A stretch of DNA of 64,000 nt from an uncultured candidate division Zixibacteria bacterium (GCA_963806185.1 CAWDXE010000007.1:960001-1024000), one strand, 5' to 3'; positions 37,391-47,626 are shown, numbered from the stretch's first letter. Translations and numbers: made by a program. Notes: generated by a model not told the origin, from the sequence alone.

Positions 37391-37757
37391 AATTTAGTGG
37401 ACGCTCCCGATTATTGACGACCAGGCGGAAATTTTGGACGCCAAGGTACTTTTTTTCCGCCTGGAGGCAAGCAATTTCCGGTTAATATTGTGGACCCATA
37501 CATAGATTTTATTTGACACAGCCATAGAAACTACTATGTTTTTAGTGGCTACCAGTCAGGCGACATACGCAAGCGACGAATGGATTTGTCGAAAAACGGG
37601 CCGCGGGCGGGTCTGCCGAGGGGCGGGTGTCGTTCCAGCGGTCCATTGACAGGATAGTCCCCAACTCTGGGGTAAACGAGAACCTTGTCCGGGAGGTGTT
37701 GTTTACTCTAAAACAAAACTCAACTTTCGGGCTCGTCGCGGGCAACCGCGGCGAGCT

Positions 37758-38354
37758 TTATTTTTGGTTCTTCCCTGCCCTGCCAAAGCTACGCTGACGC
37801 ACCGCTTCATACAGGCAAACGCCGGCGGACACCGATACATTCAGGCTTTCAACCTTGCCGGCCATGGGAATGCGCACCAGAAAATCACAATGGTCGGCGG
37901 TGAGCCGACGGATACCTGCCCCCTCGGAGCCGAGGACGATCGCAATGGGGCCGGTAAGTTCGATCTCGTACAAAGATTGAGAGGCCTCCTCCATCGTGCC
38001 CACTATCCATATCCCCCGCTCGCGAAGCTGATCCATAGTTCGGGCCAGATTGGTGACCGGAATAAAAGGCACTCGTTCAGCCGCGCCGCAGGCAACAGTC
38101 CGGACTACGTCAGTGATGGTAACCGATCGATCTTTGGGTGCGATCACTGCCAGCACCCCGGCTCCGTCGGCTGTCCGCAGACAGGCACCCAGATTATGGG
38201 GGTCCTGCACCTGGTCCAGGATAAGCAGCAGCGGCGCCGCCGGTGTCTGTTCGAGAAGGCCAAACAGATCGTCTTCGGAGTGGGTCTTGAACCGGGCCGT
38301 CAGATTGGTGTGACGGTGATGTCGTTCGCCCTGTGATCGTGGATTTTGTCCCAT
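37758..38354 (-). CDS. rlmB: 23S rRNA 2'-O-methyltransferase RlmB/TrmH family (catalytic SPOUT domain only)
   Basis: [23 protein letters not shown] and [14 protein letters not shown] motifs. Confidence 0.88.
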   Translation of the reverse strand: MGQNPRSQGERHHRHTNLTARFKTHSEDDLFGLLEQTPAAPLLLILDQVQDPHNLGACLRTADGAGVLAVIAPKDRSVTITDVVRTVACGAAERVPFIPVTNLARTMDQLRERGIWIVGTMEEASQSLYEIELTGPIAIVLGSEGAGIRRLTADHCDFLVRIPMAGKVESLNVSVSAGVCLYEAVRQRSFGRAGKNQK

Positions 38355-38390
38355 GCAATATCTGGACCTCGGCGTTACTGCCTTTATGAA

Positions 38391-39326
38391 TCAAAACACG
38401 GAGAACTTGAAGTATTTTCTCGGATTCTTCTCTATGTCAGCCACCAGGGAGTTGATGCGCACGACAAGATTGGTGACCTCGACATAGAGGGCAGTGTCGC
38501 GCACCATGAGCCCCAGGCTGCCGTCGCCCTGGTTGACGTGCGCCATGATCGAGTCGAGTTTGGCCGAGGTCGCGGCCAGATTATCGTACAGGGCCGGGTC
38601 GTTCAGGAGGCGGCCGACGGTGGTATTCTTCTGGTTGATCGTTGTGGTGAGAGTATCGATCGACCGGGCGGTTTGTTCGACCGAGGAGAAGAGTCGATCC
38701 TGGTTTTTCTGCAGTCCGGCAGTGAGCGCGGTGAGGCGGTCGAGTAATTCGGTCAAACGGACATACATGGCATCGTCGCGAGCAATCTTACCCAGTGTCC
38801 CTTCTCCCCTGTTCATACGAGTCAAAAGAGAGTCGAGATTGTTGACCATCGAACCGGCGGAGGTCAGGGCTTTCTCGCCTTCCTTAAACATGGCGGTGAC
38901 CTCGCCGACGTCACGGGTAGGGACTACGGCCATTTCCTCGATCTGGGGCTGGTCCAGGGTTCCGGGGATGACCTCAATATACTTGTCACCCAGAAATCCG
39001 ATAGTCCCGAGCTGTACAGCCGCATTGGTAGTCATTTTCGACCAGACTCCCTTTTTTACGCGGCAGACCACCTGCACCTGGCGGATTGAATCGAGATTGA
39101 CAAAGGTAACCGAGCGTACGTTGCCCACCTCGACTCCCGACATCCATACCGGCGAGCCGGTGACAAGGCCGTTGACGTTTCGAAAGTAGCAGGTGAATTT
39201 ACCCTTGGATTCGAAGATCGACGTGCCGCCGCCGGACAGCGAGGCATAAAACGCCGCAGCTATGGCGAACATGATCAGCAAGCCAACCCAAAGTTTTCCC
39301 CATCCGACGCCTATAGATCGTTTCAT
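38391..39326 (-). CDS. mlaD: MCE-domain protein MlaD
   Basis: TM, NGLVTGSPVWMSGVEVGNV, GFLGDKYIEV, GTLGK and DIEKNPRKY motifs. Confidence 0.9.
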   Translation of the reverse strand: MKRSIGVGWGKLWVGLLIMFAIAAAFYASLSGGGTSIFESKGKFTCYFRNVNGLVTGSPVWMSGVEVGNVRSVTFVNLDSIRQVQVVCRVKKGVWSKMTTNAAVQLGTIGFLGDKYIEVIPGTLDQPQIEEMAVVPTRDVGEVTAMFKEGEKALTSAGSMVNNLDSLLTRMNRGEGTLGKIARDDAMYVRLTELLDRLTALTAGLQKNQDRLFSSVEQTARSIDTLTTTINQKNTTVGRLLNDPALYDNLAATSAKLDSIMAHVNQGDGSLGLMVRDTALYVEVTNLVVRINSLVADIEKNPRKYFKFSVF

Positions 39327-39368
39327 CGTAGTATCCTCAAAGTTCTCTTTCCCTGACCAAGCGACGCA

Positions 39369-40148
39369 CTATTGATTATTGACAAAACGTTTCTCCAGAA
39401 CCTTTTCGAACGATTCGCGGAACGGCGCAAGAAAGTCTGTCACGCGCGGCTCCCGGGAGTCTCGAAGCTGCGACAGGTCGCCGTCAAAAGCAAGCATGCC
39501 ATCGTCAATAACGAGGAAGCGGTTCGCGATCGAGAAGGCATCGGCGATTTGATGCGTAACGACGATGGTCGAGATGCTCTTCTCGGCTGTCAATTTGTTG
39601 ATCAAGTGAAGGACGAGCTCGGTTGACTGCGGGTCAAGGCCGGTGGTCGGCTCGTCGTACAGCATGATTTTGGGATTGGTGGACAGCAGGGCGCGGCCTA
39701 TGGCGACGCGGCGCTGCATACCGCCGGACAACTGCTCCGGAAGTTTATCGATGATTTCGTCGGCATCCAAACCGACAAAGCCGAGCATTTCTCTGGCCCG
39801 GGATTCGATCTCCTCCCATTTCAGCTTTGTGTGTTCGAGCAGATAATAGCCCACGTTCTCGCCGACGGTAAGCGAATCAAAGAGCGCGCCGTCCTGGAAG
39901 ACCATGCCAATCTGCTTGCGTACTTCCCGTTTATGTTTCTCCCGCATCGTGCAGATGTTACTTCGATCAATATAGATTTCCCCTCGCTGTGGACACACCA
40001 GGCCGAGGATCAGGCGCAGGATGGTCGATTTCCCGGAACCGGAAGGTCCCATGATGACCGCCGACTCGTTGTCCTCGACCCGGAACGAAACATTCCTGAG
40101 AATCGAGCGCTCGCCGTAGCTGAAATCCACATTGCGCAGCTCGATCAT
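39369..40148 (-). CDS. mlaF: ABC ATPase MlaF
   Basis: GPSGSGKST, FQDGALFDSLTV, LSGGMQRRVAIGRA and YDEPTTGLDP motifs. Confidence 0.92.
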   Translation of the reverse strand: MIELRNVDFSYGERSILRNVSFRVEDNESAVIMGPSGSGKSTILRLILGLVCPQRGEIYIDRSNICTMREKHKREVRKQIGMVFQDGALFDSLTVGENVGYYLLEHTKLKWEEIESRAREMLGFVGLDADEIIDKLPEQLSGGMQRRVAIGRALLSTNPKIMLYDEPTTGLDPQSTELVLHLINKLTAEKSISTIVVTHQIADAFSIANRFLVIDDGMLAFDGDLSQLRDSREPRVTDFLAPFRESFEKVLEKRFVNNQ

Positions 40149-40954
40149 AGGTATCCCTTAATCCAGGAAAAGACAACCTTGGTTACGAAGAAGTCGACCA
40201 CCAGGATAATGATCGAACTCAGCATCACCGATTCGGTAGTGGCTCGTCCGACACCCTTGGTGCCACCTTCGGCAGTGAAGCCCTTGTAACACGATATAAA
40301 GGCGATGACAAAGGAAAAGAGAAACGGCTTCAACAAACCCACGAAGAGATTCCCGAAGATCAGGCGTTCTTTGACCGCTGACCAATACATGGTGGAGGTA
40401 ACGTGCGAGATAAACAGCGCAATCACCCATCCGCCCACGAGCGCGACCACGTCACAAACGATTGTCAGCGCCGGAACCATTATGATGAGGGCGATCAGTC
40501 GGGGTGTGGCGAGCTTTCTGATCGGATCAATGCCGAATGCAACCATGGCGTCAAGCTGATTGGATGATTTCATGGCGCCGATCTCGGCGGTGATGCCGGA
40601 GGCGACGCGCGCGGCGATCATCAGGGCGGTCAAGGTTGGCGCCAGGCTCCGGATCATGGCTATGGACATGATTCGGCCGATATAATTCTTGGCGCCGAAA
40701 TCGGCCAATTCAACGGAGAAAGCGAGGGCAAACCCCTGTCCGGAGAAGGTGCCGGTGAGAACAATCAGAAAGAGCGAGCCAACGCCGATCAGGTACATCT
40801 GCTCAAGGGTCTCCTCGACATAGAAAGGACGACCGAACAGCGAAGCGAGCATTCGCATCGAAAAGAAAAAGAGATTCTGGCTCTCAAAGGCAAAGCGCTT
40901 GAGACCGTTGTTGATCGCGCTTATAATAGCGGGCTCCTCCAGACTTCTTGGCAA
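40145..40954 (-). CDS. mlaE: ABC permease MlaE
   Basis: AEIGAMK..NQLDAM...GIDP and GGTKGVGRATT motifs. Confidence 0.92.
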   Translation of the reverse strand: MPRSLEEPAIISAINNGLKRFAFESQNLFFFSMRMLASLFGRPFYVEETLEQMYLIGVGSLFLIVLTGTFSGQGFALAFSVELADFGAKNYIGRIMSIAMIRSLAPTLTALMIAARVASGITAEIGAMKSSNQLDAMVAFGIDPIRKLATPRLIALIIMVPALTIVCDVVALVGGWVIALFISHVTSTMYWSAVKERLIFGNLFVGLLKPFLFSFVIAFISCYKGFTAEGGTKGVGRATTESVMLSSIIILVVDFFVTKVVFSWIKGYL

Positions 40955-41055
40955 TGGTAGGCCCCGGCAGGCAGTTAGTCAAGCAATTTGCCCACTTGGA
41001 CATAAGGGATCGATGACTTATATTTTCGACGATTACGGTTTGCTGACACTGAGGA

Positions 41056-42093
41056 ATGAACTTGGCAATGTACAATACGGACGGGACCAAGCGGGGCCAC
41101 GCAATCGCGCTATTTTCAGGGGGGCTCGATTCGGCGCTGGCGATCCTGCTGATGCTTCGCCAGAATATAGAAGTGACAGCGCTGACGTTCATGACCCACT
41201 TCGGGTGCGATTTGGGTGACCGCTCATCGTGCGGGTCCAACCCCTACCCTACCGCAGAGAAGTTCGGGTTCAACGTCAAGCTGATGCATTTGGGTCAGAA
41301 GTTTGTCGAGATTGTCGAGAAGCCGAAATTCGGGCGCGGGGCACACATGAATGTGTGTGTTGACTGCCGGATACTGATGCTCACTGAAGCCAAGAATTTC
41401 ATGGAGATGACAAACGCCGATTTTATCATCACCGGCGAGGTCCTGGGCCAACGTCCGTTTTCACAGGTGCGCGACAAGATGTTCCTGGTTATCAAGGAGT
41501 CCGGCCTGCAAGGCAAGCTACTGCGCCCTTTATCGGCCAAGCTTCTCCCCCCGACCGACGCGGAGATGAGCGGACTCGTGGACAGGGAGAAACTGGAAGC
41601 GATCCGGGGTCGATCCCGCAAGCGGCAGATAGAATTGGCACGCGAATTCGGACTGGAGGATTATCCGAATCCTGCGTCCGGCTGTCTGCTTACAGACGCG
41701 GGGTATTCCAATCGGCTTCGCGACCTGCTGGCCCATACGGCACATGTGACTTTCGATGATCTCAATCTTCTCAAAGTCGGCCGGCATTTCCGGCTTGATA
41801 GTCAGACGAAAGTGATAGTTGGTCGCAACGAGACAGAGAATCGGCAGATAGTTGCCTATCGCCGGCCACAACACGTTCTGCTTGAAGCGGTTGATGTGAC
41901 CTCGCCGACCACGCTACTGATTGGCCCGCCCACTGATGAGAATATTACAAAGGCGGCAATGATCACCGCCCGGTACACGCATGCTCGAAACGAGACCTCC
42001 GTTCGAATCGCTGCCCATGGATCTGAGCTTGAAAGAAATCTTGAAATTCAGCCGGCCAGCGAGCACGACTGTGATTGTGTCGCCGTTCGGTAG
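41056..42093 (+). CDS. PP-loop tRNA thiouridylase-like protein (ThiI/MnmA-related, DUF814-type C-terminus)
   Basis: SGGLDS, CVDCR, TGEVLGQRPFSQ, GCLLTD, GRHFR and GRNETEN motifs. Confidence 0.85.
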   Translation: MNLAMYNTDGTKRGHAIALFSGGLDSALAILLMLRQNIEVTALTFMTHFGCDLGDRSSCGSNPYPTAEKFGFNVKLMHLGQKFVEIVEKPKFGRGAHMNVCVDCRILMLTEAKNFMEMTNADFIITGEVLGQRPFSQVRDKMFLVIKESGLQGKLLRPLSAKLLPPTDAEMSGLVDREKLEAIRGRSRKRQIELAREFGLEDYPNPASGCLLTDAGYSNRLRDLLAHTAHVTFDDLNLLKVGRHFRLDSQTKVIVGRNETENRQIVAYRRPQHVLLEAVDVTSPTTLLIGPPTDENITKAAMITARYTHARNETSVRIAAHGSELERNLEIQPASEHDCDCVAVR

Positions 42094-42220
42094 TCGAGTA
42101 GATTGATCCACAACAACTTACTCACCTCGTTCAAGGGTTGATATTTCGTTCAATTTCACTGCGATTCGTTCCGATATATAGGCTATCGGACCGTTTCAGC
42201 GTACAATACGTACGCCCCTG

Positions 42221-42905
42221 ATGAGAAAATCCCGAGTGGAGGATATCTTCATGATGAGACTCATTCAGTTAACCATTTTTCTCGCTGTGATACTGGCCTC
42301 AATTCCAAAGGCGGCTGCTGATGTGGCGGTCAGCGCGACTGTCACCGACGAGGGTCTGAAGACATTTCATCTGGCGATAGGTGATTTTTTTAAGGTGTCT
42401 GGAGACGAGGTGGCATATGTTCGTGACCGGCATATTCCCGACGACGAGATGCCAGTGGTATTCTTCCTGGCGCGACGTGCGGAAGCCTCGCCGACTTTTA
42501 TCGTGGATCTTCGCCTGGCCAGGATGTCGTGGATGGATATCACCCGCAAGCTCGGCCTGGGCGCAGATATCTATTATGTAGAGGTAAAGCACGCGCCCGG
42601 CCCGCCCTACGGAAGGGCCTATGGTTTCTACAAGGATACGCCCCGCAAGAAGTGGGGCACGATTGCCCTGGCCGATGACGACATCATCAACCTGGTCAAC
42701 CTGAGGTTCATCTCCCAGCAATACCGTTACTCGCCCGATATGGTGATCAAGCAGCGCTGCTGCGGGCAAGAACTTCGTCCTGATCAATCAGGACGTCAAG
42801 ATCGGCAAGGAGAAGCAGAAAAATCGGAAGGCACAGCAAGCGGCGTTGAACGACGATGACAGTGGCAAAGTGAACAAGGGGAATGCCAAGAAGAAAGAAA
42901 AGTAA
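42221..42905 (+). CDS. Exported hypothetical protein (apparent +1 frameshift near 42758)
   Basis: Signal peptide, GPPYGRAYG motif. The +1 frame continues AGKNFVLINQDVK...KKKEK* to 42905, just before a terminator. The start may be at 42251. Confidence 0.7.
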
Positions 42906-42928
42906 CCGCTGTTCGCTCAGCGTCAAAA

Positions 42929-42972
42929 TGGCAATGCCGTCAGGAGTTTCACTTCCTGACGGCATTTTCGTT
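42929..42972. terminator. Hairpin terminator between convergent genes
   Basis: AATGCCGTCAGGA...TCCTGACGGCATT followed by TTCGTTT. Confidence 0.7.
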
Positions 42973-43006
42973 TGCCTAACTTTCCGACAATGCGTGGACG
43001 TTCAAC

Positions 43007-44539
43007 CTACAGCTTGATCTCGCCGACCGCTTCTTCGACCGCCTCGACAATCGAACCGTCCCGGACAAGCGCCGTGACGATTTCGATATCGGGGTAAAGG
43101 ACGCGATCATTGACGAGCTTTTTCAGCTTGCGACGGATGACCTTGTAGGCGGCCTCGGAGCCCTTACCGGCCTTGAGTGGACGCTTGAAGTCGAGTGCTT
43201 GCGCGCAGGACATCAATTGAATCGCGATAACGATTTCAGTATTGCGCACGATCTCGGTCAATTTGCTGGCTGTCACTGAGCCCATGCAGACATGGTCTTC
43301 CTGATCGGCTGACACGGAGATGTTGTCCACCACTGCCGGGTGCGAGAGTATCTTGTTCTCCGAGACGAGGGCGGCGGCCGAGTACTGGGCGACCATCAGG
43401 CCGCTGTTGAGACCACGACCTTCAACAAGGAAATCCGGGAGGCCGGACAGCACCGGGTTCATCAGGCGATTGGTATGACGTTCCGCCAGATCGGCAAATT
43501 CGGAAACAGCAATCGCCAGGAAGTCCTGCGCCATGGCTACTGCCTGTCCGTGGAAATTGCCGGCGGCGAGGTACTCGTCTTCTTTAGTGAAGAAGAGCGG
43601 ATTGTCAGCGACACCGTTGGCTTCGTTGAGATGGGTCTCGGTAACGTACCGGATAGCATCGAGCGACGGCCCCAGGATTTGCGGAATGCAGCGGAGCGAG
43701 TAGGCGTCCTGCACTTTTCCTTTGTTGGCCGGGATCGTTTCCGATTGGGCGATAAGGCGACGGACGTTTTCGGCTACGACTTGCTGACCGCGATGGTTGC
43801 GAATCTTGTGCACGCGCGGATCGAAGGCGGCCGTGCCCGAGCTAATGCAATCAGCGGTAAATGATGCCGCGATGATGGCATTCTTGGCGAGCTTATAGAT
43901 ATCGTGCAGGGCGAGCGTGCCAACACCCGTGAAGGCCTGGGTACCATTAATAAGTCCGAGACCCTCCTTGTAGCTGAGGGTGACCGGTGCAATGCCGGCC
44001 GCTTTGAGCGCCGCGGCACCGGACATCTTCTTCCCCTGATAGTGCGCCCAACCCTCGCCGATGACTACCTCGGCCATCTGCGAAAGCGGCGCCAGGTCGC
44101 CCGAAGTGCCCAGCGAGCCCTTCTTATAAATTACGGGGTGCACCCCTTTGTTCAGCATTGCGATAAGCGTGTCGACAATCAGCAGCCGAACGCCCGAGTA
44201 TCCTTTGGAAAGCGTGTTGACTCGGAGCAGCATGGCGGCCCGGACGTGATCCTCGGGGATCTCGTCGCCGACCGCTGCGGCGTGCGAGTAAACAATGCGC
44301 TTTTGAAGTTCTGTCCCCTGTTCGGGGGATATCATGATGCGGGCGAATTCACCGATGCCGGTGGTGACGCCGTAGATCGGCAACCCGGCTTTGACTTTGC
44401 GTTCGATTACCGCACGATTGGCCTTGATGGCCTGCTTGGCTTCGTCGGAGAGTTTGACTTTTGCCTTACCCCGGCAGACGGCCGCGATCTGATCGATGGT
44501 CAGATCGTTCCCGGTAATGACAACATCTTTACCTGCCAT
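43007..44539 (-). CDS. hutH: Histidine ammonia-lyase (MIO family)
   Basis: IYGVTTG.G, SHAAAVG, GSLGTSGDLAPL, KEGLGLING, QDAYSLRC, GNFHG and QEDHV motifs. Confidence 0.85.
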   Translation of the reverse strand: MAGKDVVITGNDLTIDQIAAVCRGKAKVKLSDEAKQAIKANRAVIERKVKAGLPIYGVTTGIGEFARIMISPEQGTELQKRIVYSHAAAVGDEIPEDHVRAAMLLRVNTLSKGYSGVRLLIVDTLIAMLNKGVHPVIYKKGSLGTSGDLAPLSQMAEVVIGEGWAHYQGKKMSGAAALKAAGIAPVTLSYKEGLGLINGTQAFTGVGTLALHDIYKLAKNAIIAASFTADCISSGTAAFDPRVHKIRNHRGQQVVAENVRRLIAQSETIPANKGKVQDAYSLRCIPQILGPSLDAIRYVTETHLNEANGVADNPLFFTKEDEYLAAGNFHGQAVAMAQDFLAIAVSEFADLAERHTNRLMNPVLSGLPDFLVEGRGLNSGLMVAQYSAAALVSENKILSHPAVVDNISVSADQEDHVCMGSVTASKLTEIVRNTEIVIAIQLMSCAQALDFKRPLKAGKGSEAAYKVIRRKLKKLVNDRVLYPDIEIVTALVRDGSIVEAVEEAVGEIKL

Positions 44540-44815
44540 ACCACACCTACAATTTCGATTTATGGTTGATGAATCTTATTACAAAAGTAGCGCTATGAAA
44601 CGGATGAGCTATTCATCCTGGAGTCCGGAACCGGACAGAGCATTGTAGCATTTCGCAAAGGAACGGATTGGCTTTGGACGAACGGCCACCCTTTTGAATC
44701 GTAGAAAGACGCGATACATGGCTATGCTCCTTGCTGCAAATATAGAGCACCGAAATTATGATTGTCAATCGGTAATCAGTGACACATTATGTAGGATATT
44801 GGGCACGAATCAGAT

Positions 44816-45631
44816 ATGAGTCTTCGCTTCGTAGCATTTGACACCGAGACGACCGGCCTTTGGGCACCGGTCCATAATATTGTAGAGATTGGGGCGGTCG
44901 CTTTCTCACTGGAAGGTGACGATACTGAGAATTTTCAGACCCTGGTCAATCCGGGGAGGAAGATGCCGCCGGAGGTCATACGGATTCATGGGATTACCGA
45001 TGACATGGTCGCCGGGGCGCCCCCGGCACCAGAAGCGTTGGCTCAGTTCTTTGCGTTTTGTGGCGATGACTCAGTACTCATCGCGCACAACGCCATGTTT
45101 GACATCTCATTTCTGGCCGCCGAGATCGAGCGGGCTCAGATTGCTTTCCCCTCCAATCCGGTGCTCGATACGGTGCAACTGTACCACAAGTACCTCCCCG
45201 GTCTGCCCTCCTACTCGCTGGAGTCACTATCGATCGGGCTCGGCTTGACCCGGCACCAGGAACACCGGGCACTTTCGGATGCGCTGTTGGTAATGGGGTT
45301 GATTCGGCGACTGGCGGATTCGCTGGGCGGGATGGAATCACGCGAGGCGGTCATGGCGCGATTTGGGCATCACTTTATGGCTGACGGGCGCATCGAGGAA
45401 GCAGTTTTGCCGGACGAGTTCGACGAACTTCGCACTGGCATCGCCAACCGGAGTCGGATCGAGATAGAATATGAATCGACCGGCAAACCGCCGACGACCC
45501 GTGTGATTCAGGCCAAACGAATCATGATGCAGAAGAATCAGTTTTACTTGTTCGCGTATTGTGAACTGGCCGAGGCGGATCGGACGTTTCGGCTGGACCG
45601 GATACTCCGGTATCGCGTGCTCGACAAATGA
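44816..45631 (+). CDS. DEDDh 3'-5' exonuclease (DnaQ-like) fused to a C-terminal WYL domain
   Basis: FDTETTG, AHNAMFD and HRALSDA motifs; C-terminal IEYE...R.I...YLFAYCELAEADRTFRLDRI. Confidence 0.88.
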   Translation: MSLRFVAFDTETTGLWAPVHNIVEIGAVAFSLEGDDTENFQTLVNPGRKMPPEVIRIHGITDDMVAGAPPAPEALAQFFAFCGDDSVLIAHNAMFDISFLAAEIERAQIAFPSNPVLDTVQLYHKYLPGLPSYSLESLSIGLGLTRHQEHRALSDALLVMGLIRRLADSLGGMESREAVMARFGHHFMADGRIEEAVLPDEFDELRTGIANRSRIEIEYESTGKPPTTRVIQAKRIMMQKNQFYLFAYCELAEADRTFRLDRILRYRVLDK

Positions 45632-45775
45632 TCTGCCATCGATAACGCGGACCGCATTTCTCCCTTTTTCACTTTTGTCCTGTTTCCCGCAGGTTGACCT
45701 TCCGGGAACCTTTCCTGATGCTTCCCGTTACAGGGAGCATCAGACATAACAGTCAAAACAATTTGAGGTGTAGAT

Positions 45776-46381
45776 ATGGCTTTCACTCTTCCGGAATTAG
45801 GATATGCGTACGACGCGCTGGAACCGTTCATCGACAAAGAAACGATGAACATCCATCACACCAAGCATCATCAGACCTATGTGACCAAGTTGAATCAGGC
45901 GGTCGAGAAGTATCCTGATTTGCAGACGCAGACGGCGGAGCAGTTGATCACGAATCTGAATGCTGTGCCGGAGGCGGTGCGGACGGCAGTTCGTAATCAT
46001 GGCGGCGGGGTGGCCAATCACTCGTTCTTCTGGCAGCACTTGAAGAAAGACGTCAAGTTTTCCGGCGCGGCTGCGGAGATGATCACGAAGAAGTTCGGCG
46101 GGTTCGACCAGTTCAAGGAGCAGTTTTCGACGGCCGCGGCCAACGTGTTTGGTTCCGGCTGGGCCTGGCTGGTGCTCAATCATGGCGAGTTGGAGATCAT
46201 GTCGACGCCCAATCAGGACTCCCCTCTGACGGTCGGCAAGAAGCCGATTCTCTGTCTTGATGTGTGGGAGCATGCATATTACCTGAAATATCAGAATCGC
46301 CGGCCGGATTATATCACTGCGTTTTTCAGCGTGATTAACTGGCAGAAGGCGGACGAGAATCTGTCACACGCAAAGAAGTAG
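45776..46381 (+). CDS. sodA: Fe/Mn superoxide dismutase (Mn-type signature)
   Basis: [33 protein letters not shown] and DVWEHAYY motifs. Confidence 0.93.
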   Translation: MAFTLPELGYAYDALEPFIDKETMNIHHTKHHQTYVTKLNQAVEKYPDLQTQTAEQLITNLNAVPEAVRTAVRNHGGGVANHSFFWQHLKKDVKFSGAAAEMITKKFGGFDQFKEQFSTAAANVFGSGWAWLVLNHGELEIMSTPNQDSPLTVGKKPILCLDVWEHAYYLKYQNRRPDYITAFFSVINWQKADENLSHAKK

Positions 46382-46413
46382 TTTCTTTCCTGGTCCCATA
46401 TTGCAGAAGGCAG

Positions 46414-46450
46414 CGGCCGCTCAGAGATGAGCGGCCGTTTGTATTTGTTT
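46414..46450 (+). terminator. Intrinsic terminator after sod
   Basis: CGGCCGCTCA-GAGA-TGAGCGGCCG followed by a T-rich tail. Confidence 0.8.
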
Positions 46451-46535
46451 TGTTTTTGTTTGGGGGAAGGTTGTCGTTTGACGGCAGCGGCAGTCTGATA
46501 GGAAGGGGGGGGCGGTGCGGCGCTACTGATGACTG

Positions 46536-47162
46536 CTACTCCTCGGGGCTCCCCCACATTCTGATTTCGGGTTCGCCCGGATTTAATTCCTGGCTAATGA
46601 GCTCTTTGATACTCTCAAAGTGCTCCTCGTGAAAGCACATGATGCTCAGAACCTGTGTGTCAAAATTCCTGATGTAGAGATAATCGAACAGGCCCGCGAA
46701 ACCGATCCCCCAGGGATCCCCCATCTTGTGAGTTGCGAATAGTTCGATGACATTCAATAGTCGAGATTTCGGGAAAAAACCGACGGACCACAGGGTATAG
46801 TTGTGAACCTGGGTCGTTGCATCAATTGCCCAGTGGGTTTCTTCTTCTGAGTACTCTCGTATAGTGAGAAATGCTCCTGCTGTTAGTGTTTTCCGTTTCA
46901 GCCGTTCTTCAATTTTGCGAAGGTCACGACCGTGTGCTAAGCCATGTAGGAGGACCATCTCCCCGTGATATCTGTCCGTTGCCATTTTGAGGAAATCCGT
47001 ATTGTGGAATTTCCATGACCCGCCCAAGTCAAATGTCAGGTGAGGAGGTTTGTCATCGGAGGCATGCATGCGTTTTCGGCCCTCGGCTGAGGCTCCGTCA
47101 TAAATATAATAAGGCACAGATTCTCCCTCTGGAGTCTCGCTATCGAGAATATTGCGTAACAT
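46536..47162 (-). CDS. Hypothetical protein
   Basis: GAGGTG RBS before ATG 47162; no recognisable motifs; appears more AT-rich than its neighbours. Confidence 0.6.
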   Translation of the reverse strand: MLRNILDSETPEGESVPYYIYDGASAEGRKRMHASDDKPPHLTFDLGGSWKFHNTDFLKMATDRYHGEMVLLHGLAHGRDLRKIEERLKRKTLTAGAFLTIREYSEEETHWAIDATTQVHNYTLWSVGFFPKSRLLNVIELFATHKMGDPWGIGFAGLFDYLYIRNFDTQVLSIMCFHEEHFESIKELISQELNPGEPEIRMWGSPEE

Positions 47163-47213
47163 AGCACCTCTTCTCCACATGACGCAATCGATTTGGGGGA
47201 TGTTTTGTCCCGT

Positions 47214-47268
47214 GGATTCTGGCTCCTTCGGAATCGCGCTCTGCGCGTTCCTTCGGAGCCAGAATGAC
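47214..47268. repeat. REP-like palindrome (GTCATT-tagged)
   Basis: GGATTCTGGCTCC...GGAGCCAGAATGAC inverted repeat. Confidence 0.7.
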
Positions 47269-47366
47269 AATTCGGCGGTCGTCGCTTTCCGAGACCGCTG
47301 GTCATCATTTTACCTATCTCTCAATCTCTCAATCCCTCTCCCCTGACCTTCCCTGTCAAAATGGTA

Positions 47367-47414
47367 TTGACAGTTCGGCTGGGTTGGGTATCCTTATACT
47401 GAACATTTGAGCAG
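47367..47414 (+). promoter_or_regulatory. imuA promoter with candidate SOS box
   Basis: TTGACA-N16-TATCCT followed by CTGAACATTTGAGCAG (47399-47414). Confidence 0.7.
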
Positions 47415-47445
47415 TACCATTGCGCGCGACGTGAGTTGCTGGCGG

Positions 47446-47626
47446 GGCGGTGGACACTGAGGTCCTGAACCTTTAAGAAAAGGTTCAGGATGATAATTCG
47501 GGGGGTAGGTTCAGGATGACAAAGCGTGGGGGTTGTTGCAAATGGTGAGGCGGTGGACGCTGAGGTCCTGAACCTTTAAGAAAAGGTTCAGGATGACAAA
47601 GTGCGGGAAAAGATTCAGGATGACAA
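47446..47626. repeat. REP-like cluster in the imuA leader: two ~48-bp hairpin repeats plus two half copies
   Basis: GGCGGTGGAC(A/G)CTGAGGTCCTGAACCTTTAAGAAAAGGTTCAGGATGA at 47446 and 47549; TTCAGGATGACAA at 47510 and 47614. Confidence 0.85.
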
